Source: Desulfarculia bacterium
Lineage (GTDB): Bacteria > Desulfobacterota > Desulfarculia > G963662305
Direction of reading: 5' to 3'
DNA length: 64,000 nt
Assembly: GCA_963662305.1 (NCBI GenBank)
Contig: OY759351.1
Span: forward strand, 960,428-1,024,427
Under the pieces are notes generated by a model. It was not told the DNA's origin and did no database searches. It saw only the letters and a list, made by a program, of their open reading frames with translations. The position numbers were made by a program, and so were the translations under genes. Positions 38,614-47,804 of the stretch are shown piece by piece. How positions within the stretch are numbered: position 1 is the first letter of the stretch; every line of letters begins with the position of its first letter.

Positions 38614-39468
38614 ATGGAAACTATTAAAATAATAGCCGAACCCCAATTGAAAAAGCCTCTTGCGGTGATCGGCTTCGGCGGCTGGGCCAATGCCGGGGAG
38701 ATAGCCACCTCGGTCTTGAAATTTCTGGAGCAGGGCCTGGTGACCAGGCCCCTGGCCAGGTTCAACCCGGACTCCTACTACGATTTTGCGGTCCACCGGC
38801 CCAGGGCCAGGATAAAGGCGGGCCAGCTGGAGAGCCTGACCCTGCCCCGAAACGAATTTTCCTATCACCGGGCCGAGGATCGCGGCTCGATCATTCTTTT
38901 CCGCGGCGAAGAACCCCATCTGTGCTGGCCCACCTTTGTTCAGGAGATGCTGGACCTCCTCGGCAGGTTCGACGTGGATCTGGTGGTGACCATCGGCGGG
39001 ACCTACGACGAAAGGCTTCATACGGACCCTCCCAAGGTTTCGGTTATAGCCGAGGACATGGTCTTGGCCGAGGGGCTGATCGGCCGGGGCGGCAGCCCAG
39101 GGGAATACATGGGGCCGGTCTCCATTCACACCCTTCTCTATAAGGCCTGCCGGGAGAGGGGCATGAACGTGGTCAGCCTGTGGGGGCATGCGCCGGTCTA
39201 TGTCCAGACCGGCAACTTCGGCACAGTGGAGCGGGTTATCGAGCTGATCTCCGCCCTGGGCGGGCCCAGGATGGACCTGAATACCCTCAGCCAGGCCAAG
39301 GCGGAGATGGATGAGCAGATCGAATCCCTCATCAATCAATCACCCAAGCTGTCCGGTTATGTAAAAAAATTAAAAACAGACCTTGCCTTCAAACAGAATT
39401 GCGCGGAATGCCAGCCCAGGAATAAGGCCAAGGTGATCCCCATCCGCCCCTTTGACGCTGAGGAATGA
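38614..39468 (+). CDS. PAC2-family (proteasome-assembly-chaperone-like) protein
   Basis: The fold assignment comes from overall sequence pattern only and is of moderate confidence. Confidence 0.5.
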   Translation: METIKIIAEPQLKKPLAVIGFGGWANAGEIATSVLKFLEQGLVTRPLARFNPDSYYDFAVHRPRARIKAGQLESLTLPRNEFSYHRAEDRGSIILFRGEEPHLCWPTFVQEMLDLLGRFDVDLVVTIGGTYDERLHTDPPKVSVIAEDMVLAEGLIGRGGSPGEYMGPVSIHTLLYKACRERGMNVVSLWGHAPVYVQTGNFGTVERVIELISALGGPRMDLNTLSQAKAEMDEQIESLINQSPKLSGYVKKLKTDLAFKQNCAECQPRNKAKVIPIRPFDAEE

Positions 39469-39608
39469 AAGCGGGCTTGACAACCCCGACTGTTAGTGGA
39501 TTAGACTTGAACCGGAGTTTCGGCCCGTTGCCTAAGCATAGCCGTCTAGTTCAATCCGGTTTCGGGCCCGGAGACCATTAATCATAGACCTCATCCGGGT
39601 GTCATGCC

Positions 39609-40595
39609 ATGCCGGCCAACCTGCCTCCTCAATATTACGATGCGGAGAAGCGGCTTCGCGTCGCGGCGACCCCCTCCCGGAAAAGAGAGATCCTGGAGGA
39701 GATGCTCCGGATCATGCCCAAGCACAAGGGGACGGACCATCTTCAGGCCGATCTGAAATCCCGCCTGGCCAAACTCCGCCGGGAGCAGGCCAAGCCCTCG
39801 GGGCCCAACCGGGCCCCCTCGAAAATCGTGCCCAAGGAAGGGGCCGGCCAGATAGCCCTGGTGGGCGCGGCCAACAGCGGCAAGTCGTCCCTGCTGAAGT
39901 CCCTGACCAAGGCCCAACCGGAGGTAGCCGACTACCCTCGCACCACCAGGGAGCCCCTGCCGGGGATGATGGAATACCAGGACATCATGTTCCAGCTCCT
40001 GGATCTGCCCCCGGTCTCCGAGGATTACAACGAACCCTGGCTGTGGGAACTCATCAGACGGGCCGATCTGGTCTGGCTGGTCCTGGCCGGAGCCGGTCCC
40101 CTCAGCCAGCTGGAGATTGTGGAGAAGGTTCTGGCCGGACGGAGGATCGCCCTTTATCCGGCCGGGGAGGGCCTCTCGGGCGACCTGGAGGCCGGCTGGA
40201 CCTATCTTCCGGCTCTGGCCGTGGTCACGGGGGCCGATTTGGAGGAGACCGGGGAGAACATAGAACTTATCAGGGAGTTGGTGGAAAATCGGCTGGAATT
40301 TTCCCCGGTCTCCACCGTCAGCGGCCAGGGCCTGGAGGAACTGGGCCGGCCCAGCTTCCAGGCCCTGGAAATAATCAGGGTCTACACCAAACAGCCGGGC
40401 AAGCCGCCGGACAGGGAGCACCCCTTTGTTCTGGAACAGGGCGGCAGGGTGGAGGATCTGGCGGTCAAGATCCACCAGGACGTGGCCGCCAGGATGAAAC
40501 AGGCCAAGGTCTGGACCGGGGGCCGCGAGAACAGCCGGACGGTCAATCGCGGCCATGTGCTGGAGGACGGAGATACAGTGGAGATAACGATCTGA
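39609..40595 (+). CDS. GTP-binding protein with C-terminal TGS domain (DRG/Obg-like)
   Basis: P-loop GAANSGKSSLL; C-terminal TGS-like region ending DGDTVEI. Confidence 0.7.
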   Translation: MPANLPPQYYDAEKRLRVAATPSRKREILEEMLRIMPKHKGTDHLQADLKSRLAKLRREQAKPSGPNRAPSKIVPKEGAGQIALVGAANSGKSSLLKSLTKAQPEVADYPRTTREPLPGMMEYQDIMFQLLDLPPVSEDYNEPWLWELIRRADLVWLVLAGAGPLSQLEIVEKVLAGRRIALYPAGEGLSGDLEAGWTYLPALAVVTGADLEETGENIELIRELVENRLEFSPVSTVSGQGLEELGRPSFQALEIIRVYTKQPGKPPDREHPFVLEQGGRVEDLAVKIHQDVAARMKQAKVWTGGRENSRTVNRGHVLEDGDTVEITI

Positions 40596-41350
40596 TGGAT
40601 GAGATAAGAACCTGGACCATGGACCATTTCGCGGAGGTGGAGGGCCTGGCCCACGGCTTTTTGGGCCGCCTGGGCGGGGTCAGCCCCGCGCCCTGGGAGA
40701 GCCTCAACCTGTCGATCTCCACCGGGGACAGCGAAGCCAATGTGCGGGCCAATCTCAAGGCGGTTCGGGACCGGTTCGGGTTCCAGCGCCTGGCCACGGT
40801 CCACCAGGTCCACGGCGCCAGAGTGGTCCTGGCCGACGGAAACCTGCCCCTGGACGATTTCCGGCCCCTGACCAGGGCCGACGGTCTGGTCACCGCCCAC
40901 AGAGGCCTGGGCCTGATCCTGAAAACGGCGGACTGCCTGGGCGTGGCCCTGGTGGACCCGGTCCAAAGAGCGGTGGGCCTGGTCCACGCCGGATGGCGGG
41001 GGCTTCTGGCCGGAGCGGTCATCTCCGGGGTGCGGGCCATGGAGACCAACTTCGGCAGCGCTCCGGCCGACCTCCTGGCCGGGATCGGGCCCAGCCTGGG
41101 GCCCTGCTGCGCCGAATTCGTCAACTATCGCCAGGAGTTCCCCAAAGAGTACTGGAGCTACAACGACGGCGGGGACCATTTCGATCTGTGGGCCATAGCC
41201 AGGGACCAGATGATCTCCCAGGGGCTTTTGGGGGGGAACATAAAAACCCTGGGTCTGTGCAGCCGCTGCCAGGGCGACCTGTTTTTTTCCCACCGGGGCC
41301 AGGGCCCGGTCACCGGGCGGATGGGGGTGATTCTGGGGTTTGTCTCCTGA
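40595..41350 (+). CDS. pgeF: peptidoglycan editing factor PgeF (YfiH/DUF152, laccase-domain protein)
   Basis: HQVHGARVV...ADCLGVALVDP...VHAGWRG motifs; TGATG overlap with the upstream gene. Confidence 0.8.
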   Translation: MDEIRTWTMDHFAEVEGLAHGFLGRLGGVSPAPWESLNLSISTGDSEANVRANLKAVRDRFGFQRLATVHQVHGARVVLADGNLPLDDFRPLTRADGLVTAHRGLGLILKTADCLGVALVDPVQRAVGLVHAGWRGLLAGAVISGVRAMETNFGSAPADLLAGIGPSLGPCCAEFVNYRQEFPKEYWSYNDGGDHFDLWAIARDQMISQGLLGGNIKTLGLCSRCQGDLFFSHRGQGPVTGRMGVILGFVS

Positions 41351-41400
41351 GTCCGCTTCGGGGGCCTTTGAGGGCGCTTTGAGGGTGGAAAGGTTTATTC

Positions 41401-42213
41401 ATGATAGAGCTCCTGGTCGGATTTGATCCGGTTACCCAGGCCCTTTTGGCCACCCTGTTCACCTGGGGTCTGACGGCGGTCGGGGCGGCCCTGGTGTTCG
41501 CCACCAAAACTCTGAACCAGCGGTTGTTCGACGCCATGCTCGGTTTTGCCGGGGGGGTCATGATCGCGGCCAGCTTCTGGTCCCTCCTGGCTCCGGCCAT
41601 TGAGATGGCCCAAGGGATGGGGCTTCCGGGCTGGCTTCCGGCTGCGGCGGGATTCATGCTGGGCGGGTTGTTTCTGCGGCTGGTGGATCAACTCCTGCCC
41701 CATCTCCACCCCGGTCTGAAGAAGGGCCAGGCCGAAGGCATCAAGACCACCTGGCAACGCTCCACCCTGCTGGTTCTGGCCATCACCCTGCACAACATTC
41801 CCGAGGGGCTGGCCGTGGGGGTGGCCTTCGGCGCGGTGGCCCACGGCCTGGATTCGGCCACCCTGGGGGGGGCCGTGGCCCTGGCTCTGGGCATCGGCAT
41901 CCAGAATCTGCCCGAGGGCACGGCCGTGGCCATGCCGCTGAGGCGGGAGGGCCTGGGCCGGTTCAGGTCCTTCTGGTACGGCCAGCTCTCCGGGGTGGTG
42001 GAGCCCCTGGCCGGGGTCCTGGGGGCCTGGCTGGTTCTGGCGTTCCGGCCTATCTTGCCCTATTCCCTGGCCTTTGCCGCCGGAGCCATGATCTACGTGG
42101 TGGTGGAGGAGCTTATCCCGGAATCGCACCAGTCCGGCCATCCGGACCTGGCCACCATGGGCCTGCTGGTGGGCTTTACGGTGATGATGATTCTGGACGT
42201 GGCCTTGGGGTAG
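41401..42213 (+). CDS. zupT: ZIP-family metal transporter (ZupT-like)
   Basis: Eight predicted transmembrane segments; [10 protein letters not shown] and NLPEGTAVA motifs. Confidence 0.8.
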   Translation: MIELLVGFDPVTQALLATLFTWGLTAVGAALVFATKTLNQRLFDAMLGFAGGVMIAASFWSLLAPAIEMAQGMGLPGWLPAAAGFMLGGLFLRLVDQLLPHLHPGLKKGQAEGIKTTWQRSTLLVLAITLHNIPEGLAVGVAFGAVAHGLDSATLGGAVALALGIGIQNLPEGTAVAMPLRREGLGRFRSFWYGQLSGVVEPLAGVLGAWLVLAFRPILPYSLAFAAGAMIYVVVEELIPESHQSGHPDLATMGLLVGFTVMMILDVALG

Positions 42214-42252
42214 ACCGGGTAACGGGCTCGGATTGCTAAAAGAGCCCGGAGT

Positions 42253-43029
42253 CTATCCCGGATTGTCGGCCTTGACCTGGTAGGCCACCTTGGCCCAGAT
42301 GTAGCCGGCCCCGGCCCAGTTTTTGTGATCCACCACCTTGAATTCACTGCCATCGCCGAGAATACAAAGAAGTTCGCCCTTGACCCCGAAGGGGCTGGGC
42401 GGCCTGTCCCAGACGCTTGTTTTGTCCTTTACTGTCTGCAGGGTTTTATCCACCAGATCTTTGGGCGACTGGTGGTCTAGAAAATTAAACTGCTTGGTGT
42501 TCCAGCAGGCTACCTTCGTGTCGTATCTGCCCATGAAGACCCAGCCGAATTTTTCCACCATGGCCGGCACGGCCTGAGCGTTCCCTCCTCCCCCGCCCGC
42601 GGGTTCCGAGACGGTAGAAACTTTTTGCTGACAGGTTCTGCCGTCCGGCGGCTTTTCAGTATCGGTCATTATCTCGGCTACCTTATCCGACTGCTTTTCG
42701 ATTAGGTGACCCGGATTTTTGTTCCCAGTGCTCTTGGCCGAATTATTTTCCTTGGTCTCGATATAATCGAAAAACAGTTCGATCATCTTTTTTTCGTTTT
42801 CGAAGCCGGTTAAAAAGATGGTCGCCACATACCTGACCTCGGGGTCGTCACTGCGTAGATACGGGGCTGTCTTTTGCAATATTTCAGCTTTCCTGTTGGT
42901 CCATCTGCTGACTTCTTCAAAATAGTATCCGAGCCCCGCGCTCAGTGCGGCCACGATCAGTGGCGTTATTATTTTTCCCAGGACCTCGACTATTCTCCAG
43001 CCATTTTTGGGGCTGCCTTGGCTGTTCAT
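42253..43029 (-). CDS. hypothetical membrane-anchored protein (lower GC than neighbours)
   Basis: Single N-terminal transmembrane segment, Gly-rich linker, C-terminal domain of unknown function. Confidence 0.45.
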   Translation of the reverse strand: MNSQGSPKNGWRIVEVLGKIITPLIVAALSAGLGYYFEEVSRWTNRKAEILQKTAPYLRSDDPEVRYVATIFLTGFENEKKMIELFFDYIETKENNSAKSTGNKNPGHLIEKQSDKVAEIMTDTEKPPDGRTCQQKVSTVSEPAGGGGGNAQAVPAMVEKFGWVFMGRYDTKVACWNTKQFNFLDHQSPKDLVDKTLQTVKDKTSVWDRPPSPFGVKGELLCILGDGSEFKVVDHKNWAGAGYIWAKVAYQVKADNPG

Positions 43030-43406
43030 CCCTCCCCCCCTCCTTTTAAATTGGCCCCTACAATATTAACCGGTGAAAGATCGTTTATGGTTTAAAAAAC
43101 GAATTAATGGGTAATTGAATCGTAAGCGCATTTGATTATAAAGAAAATAAAAGGTGGAAAATCCGGAGGGGCGGCCGCCGGGACCACGACACTTCGCCGC
43201 CCGCCAGGAAGAGCGAGAACCTTGTGGAGCCTGAAGGGAAAACCGCCGGGCCAGGCCTGCGGAGTTAGGGTCTGGTTTCGGCCATGTTAGCGGATTGGCC
43301 GGTTCCCGCCGGACCGATTAGGGCTGGCCTACCGGCCGCAGAAATTGTAATATTTATTAAATCAAAATTGTTTTTTCCAAAGCGGATTAACCAAAGGAAG
43401 GTCCTT

Positions 43407-44918
43407 TTGAGCCCGTCAGAGGTGCAACGAAAACTGGCCGCCATCCTGAGCGCCGACGTCAAAGGCTACAGCCGTCTCATGGGCGACGACGAGCTGGCCA
43501 CGGTCAGGACCATCACTTCCTACCGCGAGATTATCACCGCTCTGGTGGAGGAGCACCGGGGCCGGGTGGTGGATTCGCCGGGGGACAACCTTCTGGCCGA
43601 GTTCGCCAGCGCCGTGGACGCGGTGGAATGTTCGGCCCGGATTCAGGACCGGCTGGGACAGGAGAACGCCGTCCTGCCGGACCACCGCCGCATGGAGTTC
43701 AGGATCGGGATCAACGTGGGCGACGTGATCGTGGACGGAGACAGAATCTACGGCGACGGGGTCAACATTGCGGCCCGGCTGGAAGGTCTGGCCGACGGCG
43801 GCGGAGTCTGCATCTCCGGCACGGTTTTCGATCAGATCGAGACCAAGCTGGATTACCGCTACATCTCCCTGGGGCCCCTGCGGGTTAAGAATATCTCCAG
43901 ACCCGTCAGAAGCTATAAGATCGCCTTGGGCCGGGAGAACGGCCTGGACCGGCCCCTCAGGGATGAGGGGGAGACTTTCTCCTTTTCCGGTCGGCCGGGA
44001 GGGGTGTCCGGCCATCAGGACCGGTTCTCCACCGAAGATTATCATGCCAATTTCAGAGAAGGTTTCCAGATCCTCAAAAAGAAGCTGAGCGAGAGCGTAT
44101 CCACTTCCCCCCAGGGCCTGCCCCGCAAAATCTGGGAGACCGTGGAGGGGGTTCTGGAAGGGGGCGGCGGTTCTCCCACCGATATCACCAGGCGGGCCAA
44201 TGCGGTTTCGTCCAGGTTGACCCGCCAGGCCAACCAGGAGGCCCGGTCTCTCTACCGGCGGGCCCTGCGTCTGGACTCGGATCGGGCCGAGGCCCTGGTG
44301 GGGCTGGGCTGGACCTATCTCATGGAGTGGCTGTGGGGTTGGACCAACAATCCCAGGGTCCTGGACAAGGCCCAGGAATCAGCCCGCAAGGCGCTGATCC
44401 AGGAGCCGGACTCGGTCAGGGCCAAGCTTCTTTTGGGCTGGATTCATTTGTGGCAGAAGGAGTATGTTCCGGCCCTGGCCGCCGGAACCAGGGTCTTGGA
44501 TCTGGAGCCGGCCAACGCCGATGGGGCCGCCTTTGCCGCCCTGGCCCTGACCCTCACCGGGCTTTCCGACAAGGCCGCCGGGCTGGTGGAGACGGCCCTC
44601 CGTTACGAGCCGGAGAACCGGCTGCTCCACGCTTTCAGCCTGGGCTTTGTCTCCTATTACGCCAGACGCTACCAGGAATCGTTGAACCACCTTCAGGCGG
44701 CCCTGGATCTGAGCAGGGAGTTTACCGGGGCCATACTCATCCGGGCCATGGTCTTCTCCGAACAGGGTTTGAAAGACCGAGCCAAGGAGGAGACCCAAAG
44801 GCTTCTTAGCCTGGCCCCCGGCTTTTCCCTGAAGCTGGTCAAGAAGCGCTATCCGTTCAAGAACCCTGCCGACCTTAAGAGATGCCTGACCGGACTGCGC
44901 AAGGCCGGGTTGAGGTAG
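43407..44918 (+). CDS. class III adenylate/guanylate cyclase with C-terminal TPR repeats
   Basis: The cyclase homology domain has ILSADVKGYSRLMGDDE and GDNLLAEF...RIGINVGDVIVDGDRIYGDGVNIAARLE motifs. TPR-like repeats follow. TTG start 7 nt after AGGAAGG. Confidence 0.75.
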   Translation: MSPSEVQRKLAAILSADVKGYSRLMGDDELATVRTITSYREIITALVEEHRGRVVDSPGDNLLAEFASAVDAVECSARIQDRLGQENAVLPDHRRMEFRIGINVGDVIVDGDRIYGDGVNIAARLEGLADGGGVCISGTVFDQIETKLDYRYISLGPLRVKNISRPVRSYKIALGRENGLDRPLRDEGETFSFSGRPGGVSGHQDRFSTEDYHANFREGFQILKKKLSESVSTSPQGLPRKIWETVEGVLEGGGGSPTDITRRANAVSSRLTRQANQEARSLYRRALRLDSDRAEALVGLGWTYLMEWLWGWTNNPRVLDKAQESARKALIQEPDSVRAKLLLGWIHLWQKEYVPALAAGTRVLDLEPANADGAAFAALALTLTGLSDKAAGLVETALRYEPENRLLHAFSLGFVSYYARRYQESLNHLQAALDLSREFTGAILIRAMVFSEQGLKDRAKEETQRLLSLAPGFSLKLVKKRYPFKNPADLKRCLTGLRKAGLR

Positions 44919-45186
44919 CCTATTAGTCTTTACTTAGCCTCCGTCCTCTTCCGTCTGGAGCCTTTTGAAGGGGATGTCAGACAAGTCTTTATAATTACCA
45001 CTTGGGCCAACTGTTAAACATCGTAATTGCCTACCTGTAGCAATCCTTGTTGATGCCGATAGGTGCTGCTGAATAATTGACGCTACGTGGATAGGCAGAA
45101 GAGCCATGACAGTATACTGCTCTGTCTCGATTGGTTGTCGTAAGTTTCCGCGGCTCAATAGAATTTTTAAAATATTATAAACAGAG

Positions 45187-46010
45187 TCATTCACGTCCAG
45201 CTAAGGGTAGAAAAAATGGCCCGACTCGCCCTGGTTCCCGGCATAATGGTGTTGCTTGTAACCCACTAATCGGAATGGATAAATCAGGATATGGTTCATT
45301 GTGGCACGATCTTCTCCCGGATGCTCAAAATCATCCCGCGACATGTTTTCGGTACCCTGGACAAGGCCAACGAAAAACGCCCGGCTTCCTTTTTCGAAGC
45401 CCTTTTCGGGCGGGCCTATAACCGTTGCCGACCCGTTGCTCCCAAGCACAAGTTCAAGTTCAAAAACAAGCTCTTCTCACTGGACGCGACCACGGTGAGC
45501 CTCTTTCCCTGGGCCAGGTTCCGCAAGACCAAGGCCGGGATCAAGATCAACACCCTGCTCGACCATGACGGCTATCTGCCTGCTTTTGTATCAATTTCAG
45601 AGGCAAGGAAGCATGAATCCAAGACCGCCCGAACAATTCGCCTGCCCAAGGGTTCCATCGTGGCCATGGACAAGGCCTACCTCGCCTTTTCCTGGCTCGC
45701 TGCCCTGAACAACAGGGGCGTCTTTTTCGTCACCAGGATGAAAAAGGGCACCCGTTTAAAGGTCGTCAAAAGGAACCAAGCCAATCGCCGCCTGGGCGTC
45801 ACTTCCGATCAGACCATCTGGTTGACCGGCTCCAAATGATCAGATTACCCGGCCGCGCTGCGCCGGGTCGGCTACCGGGACAAGGAGACCGGCAGACATT
45901 ACGTTTTCCTGACCAACAATTTCGACCTCGCCGCCAGGACCGTCGCCGACATCTACAAGGAACGCTGGCAGATCGAGACCTTCTTCCGGTTCATCAAGCA
46001 GAACCTGAAG
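45187..46010 (+). mobile_element. degraded IS4-family element (left end plus transposase remnant; 3' end missing)
   Basis: Similar to the 12518-13793 IS at nucleotide level, including the left terminus gtcc.gctaagggt.gaaaaaatggcc, but diverged and truncated after ...FIKQNLK. Confidence 0.75.
45291..46010 (+). pseudogene. IS4-family transposase pseudogene (internal deletion, frameshift near 45836, 3' truncation)
   Basis: Two-frame reconstruction: MVHCGTIFSRMLKIIPRHV... then ...DYPAALRRVGYRDKETGRHYVFLTNNFDLAARTVADIYKERWQIETFFRFIKQNLK*. Confidence 0.8.
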
Positions 46011-46458
46011 ATGCACTCTCCAGGAGCTCCTTGAACCGCCAGTATCAAAGAATGATATTACATGTGAGAACAACCAGTTAACCTTGTGCTTCACTTAGCC
46101 GGGCAGAAATGATTTCAAGGCAAGATCACTCTGTCGCTGGACCAAAATTCGGGGAGAGGTCAATTCCTTTGAATTTGCTGATCAGCATAAGATTTTATGC
46201 GTGTAAATCCTTTCATGATTTTCCTGTAAACCTGCCCAAGGAGAGCTCACTGCTAACATTGAAAATCAAGCGACGCCACTCAGCTCCCTCGTGAGCCTTT
46301 TAATCCCCCAAGGGGGGTTTAATTCCCTGCGGCTTGCCGCGAGTGCAACCACCGTTTTCTCCTGCCATACCCCGCTGCTTGCTGCGGGGTGGTTGCTTAA
46401 ATTCACTTTGCAAATTCCGGAATATGCTTGACCGCACCAACAGGACAGGTTATGCATA

Positions 46459-46498
46459 TTGGTAAGACCGGTCGGATAATCTTACCGGTAAGATGAGG
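46459..46498. promoter_or_regulatory. GntR/FadR-type operator-like bipartite palindrome upstream of dctP
   Basis: TTGGTAAGACCGGT-cggataat-CTTACCGGTAAGA. Near-identical to the motif at 49997-50034. A TTGACC -35-like hexamer lies 17 nt upstream. Confidence 0.5.
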
Positions 46499-46542
46499 AA
46501 GGCCGCCTGACATACCAAATGAATGAAAAGGGAGGACAAGGG

Positions 46543-47589
46543 ATGTACCGATTAGCAGGGATTAAGAGCATCTTTTTAGTAGCGGCTTTGATTTTTTCAG
46601 TTACTGTGTCGGCAGTATGTTCAGCGGATTCCGGCAAGGTGGAATTAAGCGTTTCCTTTCCGGACAAGGCCAAGTCGGGATTCGGTGCAGACGTCTTCGG
46701 ACCTTGGGGTGAGGCTGTTAAATCCATTACCCAGGGTCGGGTGACCTATACTCTCTTCGGCTCTCAGTCTCTGAATAAGATACCGGATGCCTTTGAGGCC
46801 ACCGTCAGTGGCGTTGCCGATGTCAATCACCTCATAGAGCAGGCCATCCCGGGGCGCTTCCTTTTGGCCGATATCTTCACCCTGCCCGGTATTATTCCCA
46901 ACCAGGCGGTGGCCAATCAGGCCTACCGGGAACTCATGGAGATGTACCCGCAGTTCCTGGAGCAGTATAAAGGGGTCAAGGTTTTATGGGCCTCGGTCAA
47001 CATGCCGGCCGATCTTCATTCCAAGGTGCCCATTAAAAGCCTGAGCGATCTAAAAGGTAAGATCATCGGTTGCCAGAACGCCGCCTCGGCCAGCGCCCTT
47101 AAGGCGCTCGGGGCCAGCGCCAGCATCATCACCATCGCCGAGGCCTACTCATCCTTGGAGCGGGGCGTTATCGACGGCGCAGTGGTGGCCTGGGGGACCT
47201 ACTGGTCCTGGCGCCTGTTCGAGGTGACCAAACACCACACCCTGCTGCACATCGCCCCCGTCACCTCGGCCTACATCGCCAACGAGAAAAAATTGGCCAA
47301 GATTTCGCCGGCCGACCAGAACGCTATTCTTATGATGAGCAAGGAGTTGGGCCCGAACCTGACCGCCAGATGTAACGCCAACACCCGCTCCATGGTTTTA
47401 GCGCGTGAGGCGACAAAGGAAAAAGGGCACGAATTCTACGAATTGTCTATCGATGATAAGGCAAAGGCCACCGCTTCCTATAAGCCTATTTGGGACAAAT
47501 GGGTGGCTGAGGTCACCAAGGCAGGTTATCCGGGGCAAAAGATTCTGGACGATCTGCTAAGGTTGATAGAAAAATACAAAAATTCATAG
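46543..47589 (+). CDS. dctP: TRAP transporter substrate-binding protein (DctP family)
   Basis: Signal peptide; DctP-like motifs (AEAYSSLERGVIDG); GGGAGG ribosome-binding site before ATG 46543. Confidence 0.8.
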   Translation: MYRLAGIKSIFLVAALIFSVTVSAVCSADSGKVELSVSFPDKAKSGFGADVFGPWGEAVKSITQGRVTYTLFGSQSLNKIPDAFEATVSGVADVNHLIEQAIPGRFLLADIFTLPGIIPNQAVANQAYRELMEMYPQFLEQYKGVKVLWASVNMPADLHSKVPIKSLSDLKGKIIGCQNAASASALKALGASASIITIAEAYSSLERGVIDGAVVAWGTYWSWRLFEVTKHHTLLHIAPVTSAYIANEKKLAKISPADQNAILMMSKELGPNLTARCNANTRSMVLAREATKEKGHEFYELSIDDKAKATASYKPIWDKWVAEVTKAGYPGQKILDDLLRLIEKYKNS

Positions 47590-47757
47590 GAGTACTGAAC
47601 AGCCGGGCGTTGCGGGGCCCTGTGAAGGTTCGGCAGGCCCTGCTGTTCAGGAAATTGACAAACAGTCGGAGGCGGCCGGGCTCTGCTGGGAGCGCTTTGA
47701 AAGCGACAACGGCCCGGAGGGAAACACAAGCCGTTCGTGGAAAAATAATTTTTGAAG

Positions 47758-47797
47758 CAGGCGAAAAATCCGCCTCCGGCTCAGCCTTTTTATTTTA
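47758..47797 (+). terminator. possible intrinsic terminator after dctP (GC dyads followed by a T-tract)
   Basis: caggcg-aaaaatc-cgcctcc, then ggctcagcc followed by tttttatttt. Confidence 0.35.
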
Positions 47798-47804
47798 GAT
47801 AGAG

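Noticed and set aside
45201-45449. 82-aa minus-strand ORF upstream of and overlapping the IS remnant, mirrored by ORF 13474-13779
   Set aside because: Both are antisense frames across the 5' end of IS4-family transposase genes; conservation follows from the IS sequence itself.
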